Assembly: GCA_964016885.1 (NCBI GenBank)
Contig: OZ024741.1
Span: forward strand, 83,328,001 to 83,392,000
Direction of reading: 5' to 3'
Length of the DNA stretch: 64,000 bases
Origin: Eledone cirrhosa
Lineage: Eukaryota
Shown here one piece after another: positions 29,555 through 42,783 of the stretch. The position numbers and the translations under genes were made by a program. How positions within the stretch are numbered: the first letter of the stretch is position 1; each line of letters opens with the position of its first letter. A model generated the notes under the pieces. The model did not search any database. It was not told the origin of the DNA and saw only the letters and a program-made list of their open reading frames with translations.

Positions 29555-29990
29555 TACAGAACTTCAGTATATACACTGTGTTTAACTTTTTTCTTCGGAG
29601 CATATATGAAGAGTTTGTGTGGTTTCATAGTCTGGAAGAACATACATACAATTGATCATGTGAGAAACCTCCCTCTTCTAGATGGAGACCAACAACCTGC
29701 AGGGTTTGACCGTAGGACTTCTTAATGGTCATAGTGTAACTGAATCTCACTGGGAATTACATTTATTTGAACGAATGGGGTCATCTTTTGTTATTACAAT
29801 AGTGTAGTCATAAATACGATATCTTCCATTCCACACCAAGTGAGGAGTTTGGCTTCGCTAATGTGAGGCTGTAGATCAGACACAACCATACGCGTCCCAT
29901 TACGCAATCTTGGCTCATCAAACTTTCTGAGAAGCATCGTATCTAAGCCTTTCTCCAATTCAATGTTGTATGGCAGCATACCGAATTAAT
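29555..29990 (-). pseudogene. Helitron PIF1-type helicase C-terminal remnant
   Basis: MLLRKFDEPRLRNGTRMVV resembles MLLRNL..LCNGTRL; FPVRFSYTMTIKKSYGQTL..FSHDQLYVCSSR resembles FAMTINKSQGQTL..FSHGQLYVA.SR. Confidence 0.8.
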
Positions 29991-30325
29991 CTACTTTAAT
30001 TAGCTGGCATACAGCTTTAGATGTAGAGACCAGTGTGTGAAGTTGTTTTTGACTGCTTTCTCCAACATACCGTTATTGTCTGCAGATCCAAAATCACCAA
30101 CAATTAATAATCACCTCTATTTCAACCTTGGTGTTAATATGGTTTATCAACTTCCTATATCAGGTGCCGCATCTAAGAAATTTGAAAACATACATTATCC
30201 GCTTGCAACTTTATTCTGCATCATGTTAAGTTAGCGCTTCTGTTAATTAAATATACCCGTCAAGTCCGCACTATAAATGTGTAAATATGTGTGTATGTGT
30301 GGGTGTGGGTGTGGGTGCGCGCGCG

Positions 30326-30441
<116 letters not shown>

Positions 30442-30669
30442 CGTGTGTGTGTGCGTGCGTGTGCGTGTGTGTATGCAATCAACCGAATTCACAGAACCAT
30501 ACACACATACACACACATATACACAACTATGCACATATAACACACACAGAATCAATCATGCCGGTCAGACCTGTTGAAAACACAAACAAAACTTAATTAT
30601 TACCAATTTGATTTAGTTTTATTGGCGATCAACGTACAAACAATCTTTCTTTTTATAAGGATATATATA

Positions 30670-31429
30670 GTTACATAAATATAGAGAGAAAAGAGGACTT
30701 CGACTTCTTACTTTCTTCGGCCTCCGCTAATCCGAAATCAACCACCGAGGTCTCTGGATTGTACTTAAAGATCTATGTCTTATCATCAGAGATGACTTAC
30801 CCCAGTAAGCCAGGTTCACTTTCATAATGCTCGAGGTTGTCCTAACTCAGTTGCATGCACCGTTCCTTCTGGTATTCTTTCAGCAACTTTAGCCTCGTCT
30901 TCGTGCAGATTTTCTGCTTACCCAAATCCTCAGTGATATTCTTCCAAACGTTATTGCGGTTCTTACCCAGGTCACTTGCGATCAGTCAAAGAGTGAGCCA
31001 ACAATCCCCATGCACCACTTGCATCATGCGCTCAACGTTGGCCACAGTTTTGATCGTTGAAAACCTCCCGCTCCTGGGGTTGTCTTCCACTTCCTCGCAT
31101 CCCTGTTTGAACTTTTTGTGTCGCTCGAAATCCTCTGAGCGCGAGATACGCTTGCTGCAGTATTTCGAGGGTTTCCGAGGTAGTTTACTCCAGGCGCACA
31201 AGAGAGTTCACTTTGGTTCGTTGTTCTGTGCCCATCGTTAGGCGGCCTAAAATCGTGGAGCTGTTAAGAAAAGCATGCGAAAAAAAACATACAATAACTG
31301 CAGATACATGAGATGGCAATTATATAAACCCTGGATAGTATGTCACGTGGTGAGGCAACCGACTAATTCCGTCTTACTCGTTGCTCACACTGCGTACTAT
31401 GTCCTTTTACTTTTCTGACACATATCTTA
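30670..31429 (-). mobile_element. Mariner transposon remnant
   Basis: HKKFKQGCEEVEDNPRSGR (mariner HTH region); VISDDKT* resembles ITGDETW; TIR-like ta.aagatatgtgtcagaaaagtaa at ~31405-31429. Confidence 0.8.
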
Positions 31430-31439
31430 TATATATATG

Positions 31440-31471
<32 letters not shown>

Positions 31472-31566
31472 CATTTGTATATATACATATCGCAAACACA
31501 GTAGTCGATATAAATATTAGTCCACAAACTGGATAGTTTACCCGTTTTTCTAAACTATTATTTGTA

Positions 31567-31760
31567 GGTGGATTGGCAGTATCGGCAGAGAGTCGGACAC
31601 CATGCTTTGCAGCATAGAGTTACGGTCCCTTACAGTCTGAGTTCAAATCCCTCCGAGGTTAACTTTACCTTTCATCCTTACGGGGTCGATAAAATAAAGC
31701 ACCAGTAATGCCCCTCCCCCAAAATTACTGGCCTTTTGCCTGAATCGGAAACCATTATTT
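31567..31760 (+). mobile_element. Nin/Deu-core tRNA SINE
   Basis: Same family as 4398-5315. Confidence 0.85.
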
Positions 31761-31974
31761 GTAGCAGTCGACAGCTGTTACAGTTATTTTGTGAGTTTGA
31801 GATTCTCAGGTTCTGAATCTTCCAATAACCCAGCTTCGATAATTCAAAGGATATATCATGGTGGTGAGGAGGGGGCTTGTGTATGGCTTTTGCTTCATGC
31901 GTATCTGTATGCTGCTAAGTACACGTAGATGCCTGCGTGTGAACTTGCACGCATGCGTCTCTTAGTGTTATCGC

Positions 31975-32222
31975 GATGAAGATGATGACAAATTTAATGA
32001 TGGTGAAAATGATGTTGATGATGGTGGTGTTAATGATGATGATAACGATGATGTAGGTGACGATACTAATCATGGTGATAATGATGGTGCTTATGATGTT
32101 GATTATAATGGTAATAAGTATATTGATGATGATAGTGGTAGTCATGGTGATAATGTTGACGATAATAATGGCAATGATGATGGTCAGGATAATGATGATA
32201 ATGAATATAATGGTGATGATGG
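31975..32222. repeat. Degenerate (ATG)n trinucleotide repeat
   Basis: Run of gat/aat/ggt triplets; explains the I/M-rich ORFs. Confidence 0.85.
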
Positions 32223-32589
32223 GGTCAGTTACATTAATTTGCAATGAACTTTAACACCAGAGTCGTCATTTATTTCCTTCATTAACCCATTGTCTTCAAA
32301 CTAATGAACATTAACCGATCCATTCCAGGCCATTGCGTTTCCTTTCATGCTACAGTGCCAATATCATCCAGGATCCACAACCCTATCCATTACATTTCAT
32401 ATCCTTTAACAGAAAATCAATAGAAATACAGAAATTTAACAGCAGGTCTTAATATAGATTTCACTCCAAGTTTTGCGCAATTTCAAGGCTCATTGCAATC
32501 CCTTTCCTTCATTTTCTCTCATATTATATATGTATGTATATATATATATATATTCAAAAGTTAAACAAGGTTCAATGCATACATCAAAG

Positions 32590-32892
32590 AATGAGTTTTA
32601 CAATAGATTGGAAGCACTCAACAGCATTAAGGTTTTCAAGAGCTATTAATATTAATTCAAAATATTAACAAAATAGATATTCTTGTGATCAATTATATTT
32701 TATTATACATATTTCAGAGGTACTGAGTTAAGTTAAACAGTACGTCTAATATGTCAGGGTATGTCATGTATCATTTTATTTTATCTGATGAGGACGTACT
32801 GTTGAACTTAACTCAGTACCTCTGAAATATGTATAATAAAATATAATTGATCACAAGAATATCTATTTTGTTAATATTTTGAATTAATATTA
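32590..32892. mobile_element. Family B foldback (arms ~32647-32748 / 32793-32892)
   Basis: Inverted arms; reverse-complement family B tail (gcactcaacag) at ~32615; TA-flanked. Confidence 0.75.
32777..32843 (+). ncRNA. Type I hammerhead ribozyme, family B
   Basis: tattttat-CTGATGA-gg..gtactg..cagtac.ctct-GAAA-tatgta-TA-ataaaata; perfect 8-bp stem I. Confidence 0.78.
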
Positions 32893-32910
32893 TATATATA
32901 TATATATATA

Positions 32911-32987
32911 CAGGGTGTCCCAAAAATTGTGTAGACATTTTATTAGAATCCTGTTGAAAACTATGTTCATCTTGGGGGAACATCTTG
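32911..32987. mobile_element. Tiny Tc1/mariner-type MITE
   Basis: TA|cagggtgtccc ... gggaacatcttg|TA imperfect TIRs. Confidence 0.5.
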
Positions 32988-32993
32988 TATATA

Positions 32994-33065
<72 letters not shown>

Positions 33066-33216
33066 CATGTATATATTTACATATGTGGGTAGGCGTGGGG
33101 TGTGAGTCTGTATGTACGTGTAACAGAGTGGATGTGCGTGTAAGTGAGTGTGTGCGCACGTTTGTCTGTGTGTGTCTGTATATATGTATACCTAGAAAAT
33201 AATAGAGAGAATCATG

Positions 33217-33387
<171 letters not shown>

Positions 33388-33792
33388 TGTTATACTTTGG
33401 GAGGGTCACGTTGCTAAACAAATTCGGAAACGAAATATTTATATATTGTTCCACATAAACCTATATAGTACAGTTCTTGTTCATCTGAATAAAATATTAT
33501 ATCAAAAGGATTGCACATGTCCGTGACTATGAATTAATCCCTATGCCAATTAAATAAAACATATAATATAAAACGAAATGTAACATATAACGAAGATATG
33601 TAAATCTTACTACAAGTTATAAGGTGAAATGTCCAGCCACAGTTCGACGAAAGTCTCTTATAGTCCCACAATATATATATTCACAAATGGAAGTTTAGTA
33701 AGATCGATGTTTAGGCTGCAACCAGGCTAACGATATACAATTAGGAATATAGGAATATACAGCCAAGCACTCGATGAGGTTGGAGTAATAAC

Positions 33793-33979
33793 TGTTTCTA
33801 CTTTTGGCACAAGGCCAGCAATTACCCAGTGTATTACTGGTACTTTATTTTATCGACCCCGTAAGGATGAAAGGCAAAGTTAACCTCTGCGGGATTTGAA
33901 CTCATAATGGTAAAGTCCGTAACTCTTTGCGTCAAAGCATGGCGTCCGACCCTCTACCGATACTGCCAATCCACCGCCT
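33793..33979 (-). mobile_element. Nin/Deu-core tRNA SINE
   Basis: Reverse complement of the 4398-5315 family; short flanking duplication aggttggagtaataac. Confidence 0.85.
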
Positions 33980-35111
33980 TAGGTTGGAGTAATAACATAC
34001 GTTAGATAGCAAGACAATTTGAAAACTGGGCAGGTAAGCCTAGCCACAGCACCAACGCAACGAGAAGTGCGAAAGGTGTAAGAACGATACGAATTGAAAG
34101 AGCATGTAAATATATATATATCCTCATCAACAGTAAATAATTATATTTCATTTAGCCAAAAGGCCAATAATCTTTTTTTTTCTTGCAGGGAGAATAATTG
34201 GAACAAAGCTAGTTTATTTTATCGAACCCATTAGTACGTCCCCAATGTTGGTTTCGGCGGGATTTAAACATAGAAAGCAAAGAACAGTAATTAAATGCTG
34301 TGAACAGATTTGACCAAGTTCCTAGGGCTTCTTTCAATCTAGCAACATTAAGTGGTTCCAATTTAGGCACAGAGCAGTAGTTACAGGTAGGTGAACGTTG
34401 AGTAGCTTTACCTCACTATTTAGTGAGTATATAATACTTACACCCATGATGGAGGAAAAACAACATTGACATGATTCTCATTTGAATCCGAATACACGAA
34501 ATCAATACAAATATTGCGATTCTATGAATCCACCACACTAATAAATAAATAGATTAATAATGACATCAATGTAAATAGAAGAACAAAAATGCAGTCATTA
34601 ACGACGTGAAATAATATAACATTGTCACATTTCAACAATTAGACCAGCGGAACAGTAATATAAAACCATACATGTATTTAAAGAAACTAACTCTGTTTAA
34701 CATCAAATAACAATTGCACATTTATATTCTTGTACAATCGTCGCGTATTGGCGCCGAGAGAGTAAATTCAGACGTGATGTTTTATATTATCTACTGTGGT
34801 ACTTTACAATTCTGAACACAAAATCTCATTGGAATAATTCCTGCTTTTAATCCTAACATAATCGACTGAATATTGATCTGCACTATTCTGACATCGAATA
34901 AATTGGCAACAGAAGCTAATGCTTTACTAATAAAGGGAAAACGTATGTTCAAGAAAGTGAATAATGTTGAATAATGGGGAGAATGAATTCCATGAAGATT
35001 CCATTTTCGCATTGAGGTTTCATATCTCAATGACCTCTCCCCCCTCTCTATCTCTCTCTCTCTATATATAGAGAGAGAGATAGATAGAGAGAGAGAGAGA
35101 GAGAGTCTATC

Positions 35112-35322
35112 GACTTTCGTCAAATCGAACCGAGGAAACAAAGTTTTCGTTGGACTTTCCAATTGCTAATACTATCTATCGGTCGCAACTCCAGGTAGAA
35201 GGAACAACGTGGAATAAAGTGTCTTGCTCAAGGACATAACGTATCGCCTTGTCCAGGAATCGAACCGACAACCTCACGATTGCCAATCCAGTTCTCTAAC
35301 CAATCAGCCACACGCCTTCACT
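35112..35322 (-). mobile_element. tRNA-derived SINE (V/Meta-like)
   Basis: Homologous to 24385-24594. Confidence 0.8.
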
Positions 35323-35519
35323 ATATATATTTGTGTCTGTAAGCGTGTGTTTTGTGTATATAATATATATTTGATGTTGATGAATGGGAATATGCATATT
35401 TAATATTAAAGACTTGTTTCATGATCCTGGGAAAGGACAGCTGAAACTCCAGACTAACAAGGCTTATCTTCTAGCAATAATGAAGAACATGCTACATATA
35501 TGTTGTGTTCATTACTCCT

Positions 35520-35680
35520 GGATGACATTGTTCAGTGCCTTTCAGAGATTCCGGCACACACGAGTCATCCAGAGCAAACCATCGCTATTTAAATCTTTTA
35601 AGATTTCGGGCTCAACAGAGACACATTTTCCACATTTGTGAGCTTTAATTGCTCTAGTGACCTCGGTGTCTGAGAAGATA
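35520..35680 (-). pseudogene. RTE LINE RT fragment
   Basis: EVTRAIKAHKCGK..PEILKDLNSDGLLWMTRVCR resembles the 58058-58381 ORF. Confidence 0.6.
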
Positions 35681-35825
35681 ACCTTTACCTCTATATGAAT
35701 ATCATATATACCCGTGTACATTTTTGTGAAAGGAATTAGATGATCAGTAAAATATTCTCTTCGCCTTGCGAGGATGTATCTCTCTTTAGAAACAAAAACT
35801 GGCTGAGATGGAGAATAACTTCTTC

Positions 35826-35827
<2 letters not shown>

Positions 35828-35877
<50 letters not shown>

Positions 35878-38800
35878 AGTTGCATTTATCTTGCTTTATG
35901 TTCATACGAGTTATCACCAAGTCACAACCAGTGACCTCAAGAGACAACAAGGTCCGCCATGTTCAAGGAAGAACATACATACTCACACATGCATCTATAG
36001 TGTTTAGACTTGTGATGTACTTATATTGACAGAATCTTCCTTAGTATATGGGCAGTTCCCATTAGTACTATCTTTTGTATTTCTTCTATACGCGGGTTTC
36101 CTGGGATCTGCGATAAGTAATCATTAGACCCCTTAGGTATCATTCCCAGAGCACCTACAACCACTGGTATTGTTTTAGTTCTCAATTTCCACATTTTTCC
36201 AATTTCTATCTCCAGGTCCTTATACTTGCTCAATTTTTCAAATGTTTTTATAGATACATTCTTGTCTATTGGAACAGACATATCAATTAGCAGGCATACC
36301 CTCTTTTTAAAGTCCTTCAATATTATATCAGGTCTATTTGCATCTATTTTTCGGTCTGTTTGGATGCTAAAGTTCCACAAGATTGAGATGTGATCTTTTT
36401 CAAGTATGGGAGGTGGTTGATGCTCCCACCAATTCTTTTGATGGGGCAGGCCAAAATGCTTACACATTATCCAATGTATGTATTGTGCAGCTCTGTCATG
36501 ACTGTTTAGGTATTCGGTTGGAGCTATAGGACTGCACATTGAAATTATATGGTCAATGGTCTCTGGTTGTTTTTTGCATACACGTCATAATGGGCTGCAT
36601 CCATTTTTTATTATGTTGGCTTGGTAATTTTTTGTTGGCAGACACTGATCTTGTGCTGATATAATCAGTCCTTCAGTCTCCGATTTCAGTCCAGAGGATG
36701 CCAACCACTGATGGGTTAAAGTTTTGTCAACACCAGGATTGTTAGCTCGCTCTGGGTATTTTCCATAAAGAGGCTTTTCTTGCCATTTCTTAGCCAGTTT
36801 CTGTAGCAGTTCTTTCTTTGCAGTTACTTTTACCTGCTTTGCTTTTTCTGTGTTTTCCATTTCAGCAGTAAATGGGACTTCTGAAATTTGTAGTCCATTA
36901 CTGTATCTTTGTGCATCTTTTGTAATGGAATATGATCTTTTGATGCTTTCGTGTTTCAAAACGAGTTTGATCATCCAATCATGTGATTCCCTTAGATATG
37001 TAGATAATCCAATTGTTGCAGTTTTCAACGCAATGTCTAACTGGATTAACCCACGTCCTCCTTCTTTCCTAGGGAGATATATATATTCTATCTATATCTG
37101 CCTTAGGGTGATGCATTCTGTGCATGGTTAAGAATTTTCGAATTTTTGTATCGAGCCTACGGATCTCTGTGCTTGACCAGTTGATGACATTGTAACTGTA
37201 GGTTACTACTGGTATGGCAAGCGTGTTTATGGCATCGATCCTACTCCTTGCATTCAATTCCGTTCTTAAGATTGCTCTTACTCTGCGGTAACATTCCTTC
37301 CTTATCCTTTCCCTCATTGTCGAGTGCTTGATTCCGTCTCCTTCACAAACACCTAGATATTTGTAAGTTTTTTCTTGATCAAGTTCTCTTATCACGTTCC
37401 CCCGATCAAGATTAATGTATGAACTCTTCAGCAGCTTTCCTCTGGTGAACGTTGCTTTGGCGCATTTATCTAGTCCAAACTCCATTTTAATGTCATCACT
37501 GAACTGCTCCACAGTGGATAATAGCCCTTGCAATTGTTCATCATGTTTTGCAAATAGTTTCAGGTCATCCATGTAGAACAGGTGATTAATGGTTTTGTCA
37601 TAGACTTTATATCCATGTTTTGTTTCATTGAGCATTTTACTTAATGGTATAAGTGCGATGCAGAATAAAAGCGGTGATAAAGAGTCACCCTGAAAAATTC
37701 CACAATTAATATTAACTTCTCCAGCTTCCAGTGATTTTGTTTCACTATTCAAAAGGAGTGTCGTTGTCCATGTCTTCATACTGAATGACAAAAACCTCCT
37801 GACAACGGGGGATATTTTGAAAATCTCTAAACATTTTTCAATCCAACTGTGTGGCAAACTATCGAATGTTTTTTATAATCTATTCAAGCAATCGATAGAT
37901 TTTTGTGTCTATTATGACAATCTTCCAGTATCATTTTGTTAACCAGAAGCTGATCCTTACAGCCATATGAGCCTCGTTTACACCCTTTCTGCTCAATGGG
38001 AAATAGGTCATTTGTTATCAGGTGGTCATATGTGTATTCAGTTAGGACTGATGTTAAAATTTTATACATTTTGGTCAAGCAAGTTATCGGTCTGTAATTT
38101 TTGAGATTGTTTGTCTCATCATTCTTCGGAAGCAGGAATGTAATGCCGTTAACTAGCCATGAATGTATCTTTTCTGGCTCCTTAACTATTTCATTGTAAA
38201 GTTGGCCTAACAGCTCATGAGACTCTGTGAAGGCATTTATCCAAAAGTTTTGTATTTTGTCTTTTCCTGGGGATTTCCATTTGCTGGTTTTTCTTAGAGC
38301 CAAGCGCAACTGTTCAACTGTTATATTTTCCCATATTTGTTTCTCGAGGTGAGCTGTATCTTTCATTTGTCTGTCTATCCATGGGTCATGTATGTTATGA
38401 ACTTTTTCTTCGGCCCAGATCTTTTCCCAGAATTATTGCACTTCCTCCTTGGGTGGTATTGATTTAGCAGTTATTGTTGACTTACCAATTTTTCTGTAGA
38501 AGTTTATTTGGTTGTTTTTGAACATATTATTGTCCTTATAGAATCTAGATCGTTTTTCAAAGCGCCTTATACGAGCAGCTTTGGCCGACACTTTTTGCTT
38601 GATTATTTCTATCAGCATGTCTATGTCACATGTTGATTTTATACTGTACTTTTTTTTCAATTTTCTAAGTTTAGTTTGTTAAAATTTCTATGTCAGATCG
38701 GAGAAGGTTTATTTGGCGATTGATGTTCTCTTGCCAAGTAGATTTATTGTGGGAATTCCTTTGTTTGTTCATCTTCACTCCACATAAGTGAGTGGTGACT

Positions 38801-39810
38801 TTAGCCGATGCATAATAGAGATCATTTAAATCAGTAATGTTTAGTTTGTTTGTGATGATAATGTTTTTGAGAATTATGTTAGTCTTGTGTATTATCTTTT
38901 GGTTCTGTTTGGAGTTCTGGATCTTAGGGAGGGTGTCTCGTTGCCCCATGTCAGATTCTTTCATTTTCATCCATTCGATCATAATTTCATCCTTAAAGTT
39001 GGCAAGTTCATTCTCATTCATTTCTTTATCATTTACGATCTCATTATTTTCATTTGGAGTTTCATCCTGAGCATGCACTCCCTCCACTTTTTCGATCCTT
39101 TCTTTAATTTGTTCTGTTGCCAGTGATTCCGCCCCAACCCTGGGATTCGAAGTGTTACAGTTTACCTCGTTTTCACTGACACATGTTTCATTTTCCCTTC
39201 ACTGACGTTGTCCTAATAGCTTGATCTGATCAATTTCTATATCAGTTAGTAACTTTTTTCTTACAATATTTCTTCGTATATTGGCTAGTTTGTTACTGTC
39301 AATATAGCCTCTGTTTTCGGGATGTTTCTTTTTCCAGTTGATATATGTCTGTTCTGCATTCGATGTATTTGATGGGTAGTACATGGCAGTGTAGAAAGCC
39401 TCAAGGACTTCTTTATTATCTTTCCTTGACCATTTTTCTCTCTTTTTCTTTGGGTTTCTCGGTGGTGAGCATGGAGGGCCAACAGTAGGAGTATTCCGGT
39501 TATGGGAGGTCTCCAGCTCCGAAGTGATGGGAAGGTTTGAACCATTAGCTGATTTTTAGACCCCAGTCTGGTTCCTCTCTGAGGGACGCGGCCCTTTTTT
39601 ACCCGGGTGACGGCCGATCCTGTATGAGATTTTATCATTAGACATTTACTTTATTTTGTCGCGTTTTATCCTTATCCGCCAAGGGGTAATCATTTCGTGT
39701 TACCACTTCTAGAACGAGTGTCAACCAAGACTAGAGGGGTCGTTCTCCCCTAGAGACACGGCTATTCCCCGCCGGCCGCCATCCCGGTATTTCTTGGTCA
39801 CGGGGTTTTC
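35828..39810 (-). mobile_element. Near full-length R4/Dong-type non-LTR retrotransposon (RT, zinc finger, restriction-like endonuclease), decayed, with (TAA)n 3' end
   Basis: NYRPITCL, QKGC..GCKDQL, GIFQGDSLSPLLF, HLFYMDDLKL, GLDKC, YKYLG; HD..NRPDI..IDMSVP..EKLSKYKDL; several stops and frameshifts. Confidence 0.92.
39711..39799 (-). ncRNA. Candidate P4-less HDV-like ribozyme in the LINE 5' UTR
   Basis: P1 gaccaa/ttggtt (G.U first pair), P2 agaac/gttct, P3 gac/gtc, L3 ccctcta, J4/2 cactc. Confidence 0.4.
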
Positions 39811-40792
39811 TTTTTGTTGTTTTTTTTAAATTGTTATTATCATGAGTGGTTCCTTAATGTGAGCATTGCGTGGCTTAAGAATGAAATTATTAATAATTGT
39901 CTCCACTCCAGGCACAAGGCTAGCAATCACCCAGTGCATTACAATAATATAATATACTTTTTGCTGTAGTTGCCTGTTATTGTTGTTGGCTATGTCGGTG
40001 GTGGTGCCGGGGCTTTTTATATTGTTGGTGAGGAAGGGGTGAGCCAGCAGTCCCATAGTTGTTGATGTTGACGTTTGGCCGGTGGCCAGGTCACTAAGTC
40101 AATCTATTTATATCTTTTGCTAGCCTCTCCATTGTCTAGTGATACCGCCACCTTCCCCTTTCTCTCTCAAGTTAACAGGGGAATAGTGATGGTAGCAATG
40201 AAGGAGTGGTGGCGGCGGCGATGGGATAGTGGTAGCAAGATGATGGATGGGGTGGTGGCGGCGGTGGCGTTGTGGTTACTGGGTTTTGTGATATGTAGTA
40301 TCTATGAGTTTGTGTTCGTATGTTTAATATATATTGTGTTGACATATTCCCGTAAAATTGGAATTAAACATTTTGTTAAAATTTGAGACAATAATAATAG
40401 TAATTATTATTATCATGCCGGGATTGATGGTGGTGGTGAAATTGCCGTTATCTGGCTGTTATATTTAGTGTGATAGGATAGGTGGTGTATCAAGTTTCTG
40501 GTGTTGGTGAAATTGCTGTTATTTGGCTGTTCTATATAGTGTAGGCAGAGGGTGTTTTCTTCCATTTATAACCATTTTCTTTTTTTGAATACAAAATATA
40601 TAATATAAAATTGAATATTTGAGCGATATAACAATATAATATGGATCCGAAATTTTATGGGACTTCATTCGGTGGTTTATGCAACATTTGTGCTAAGAAT
40701 TGTTATTTCACAATTGATTTAAATATGTTAAAAATCAAAAACTTACGGGAGAGATTTCATGACCTTCTATCCACCTCGTGCGTCTGCTTCCC

Positions 40793-40830
<38 letters not shown>

Positions 40831-41018
40831 TTTTTTCTGCCATTTTTTTTAAAACTCATTCTAAACATTCATCTTTGAAAACTTTTTCGTCTTTCCTGCT
40901 TTATGGATTTCATTATATATCTATAAAATGTCCTTCCATACAGGCTTTGTTTATTCTATCATATTTCAGACACTACTTTTAATATTATTTATTTTCATAT
41001 TTTCTGCTATAAATAACG

Positions 41019-41074
<56 letters not shown>

Positions 41075-41121
41075 AGGGGGGGGAGGGCGTAAAAGTGTGT
41101 ATGTGTATATATATATATATA

Positions 41122-41408
41122 TAGAAGTGGTTACACATCAGATAGTTCACCATACCGAGAGAGGATCCGCTAAGGTGAATCAATTGTTCTCGGTATGGTG
41201 AGCTAACTATTGTGTAACCACTTCTAACTAACTCGTCCCATGGACTGAGTGCTCTACCAATACGGATATTAACTTCCAGTGTTCTACCACTATATATATA
41301 TATATATATATATATAGGTAGAAGTGGTTCACCATACCAAGAACAATTGTTTCACCTTAGCGGATCCTATCTCGGTATGGTGAACTAACTGTTGTGTAAC
41401 CACTTCTA
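41122..41408. repeat. Two inverted ~100-bp hairpin units with decayed hammerhead cores
   Basis: tagaagtggtt...aaccacttcta units at 41122-41226 and 41319-41408; GAAA-caattg-TT on the minus strand. Confidence 0.65.
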
Positions 41409-41529
41409 TATATATATACACACACACACTCTGACGCCCCCTCCCCCCACACACACAAACATATATATATATAATTAGTTATTTGTAGCAGAAAATATAT
41501 ATATATATATATATCATATGTATATATGA

Positions 41530-41732
41530 TGGTGATGAATTTGTTTTGCAAGGTTTTGATATGAAATCGTGTGTTGAAACAAATATTGTTATATTTGGGG
41601 AGGGTCATATTGTTATAATATTGCCAGAAATAATAATAAAACACACTCACTCTTTGGCTAGGATTGCTTTTCGCTTCTAGTTAATGTATCTAGCAATCAA
41701 CGCTTCGCATTGATTGACCTACGATATATATA

Positions 41733-41778
<46 letters not shown>

Positions 41779-42134
41779 GTCTATTAATATTCTTTCATCA
41801 CACACCTGTGGCATCATCAGCGGTACTATTATGTTTCCTCCCATTATATTGTAGTGTCTACGCCGATGGTGTAGACAGTACAATACAACGGGAGGAAACA
41901 TAATAGTACCAATGATGATGTCAAAGGTATGTGATGAAAGAACTTTGATAGACTATTTATATATATTTATATCAGTATTTTTAACCGTTGGGCAATCAAT
42001 GACATGCATTGATTGTCCGATAAATTAAGTATGGTGAGGTAAAATATACAGAAGCCAAAACCAATAGAAACAGTGTGTTTTATTATTATTCCCGGCAATA
42101 TTATAACAATATGACCCTACCCAAATATAACAAT
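41530..42134. mobile_element. Family A foldback element
   Basis: Outer arms ~41582-41647 / 42072-42134; inner palindrome 41778-41955 with a decayed CTGATGA..GAAA motif on the minus strand (41790-41820). Confidence 0.72.
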
Positions 42135-42139
42135 ACATA

Positions 42140-42660
42140 TGAGTATAAAGAAAGTGTACAAGCGCAGAAATGCTATAAAGATTGCGTATAAAATAGGGTG
42201 AAGACTCTTAAAATCAGAAAAAAAGAATTTGCCAACGACAGCTATGATGAATTGAACCCCATATTTTCCAATTATCCTCTAGCCGCTATCTGGAAAATAT
42301 GGGGTTCGAAAACCCATCAAGGTCGTTGGCAAATTCTGTTTCCGTCTTTCAAGGTTGTTCAGCCTATTTTATGAGCACTTTCTTTATACTTATATAACTG
42401 CATATATACTCATCGTTTCAAAAGCCAAACAACTTGGCTTCGTGCATTGTTTTATACATATATATATAGAAAAGTATGTGAGATCCTTGGTACAGTTAGG
42501 TATATTTGAAAAAAAATGGAAAAGAATGACTTCACTAACAGTTCTAAATAATTTGATTTAATTTTATAATATTATGATATTATGAGTTGTATAATATTTT
42601 TAAATTAAATCAAATTATTTAGAACTACAAGTGAAGTCATTCTGTTCTTTTTTAAATATA
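42140..42660. repeat. Two consecutive short foldbacks (42140-42395 and 42500-42660)
   Basis: gaatttgccaacgac/gtcgttggcaaattc, gaaccccatattttcca/tggaaaatatggggttc, agaatgacttcact/agtgaagtcattct. Confidence 0.75.
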
Positions 42661-42718
42661 TATATATTTGTATACAATGATATAAAATAAATGGAAACTA
42701 TATTAATAAAACCATATT

Positions 42719-42783
42719 TATTTTATTATATATATTTCAAGGCCAACCAAGACAACATTGGTACGCTATCATCAGATAAAATA
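42719..42783 (-). ncRNA. Type I hammerhead, family B
   Basis: Minus strand: tattttat-CTGATGA-..taccaa..ttggt..cctt-GAAA-tatata-TA-ataaaata. Confidence 0.7.

Noticed and set aside
30782-30790. CTGATGA on the minus strand
   Set aside because: It lies in the mariner ITGDETW-like codons and has no flanking stems
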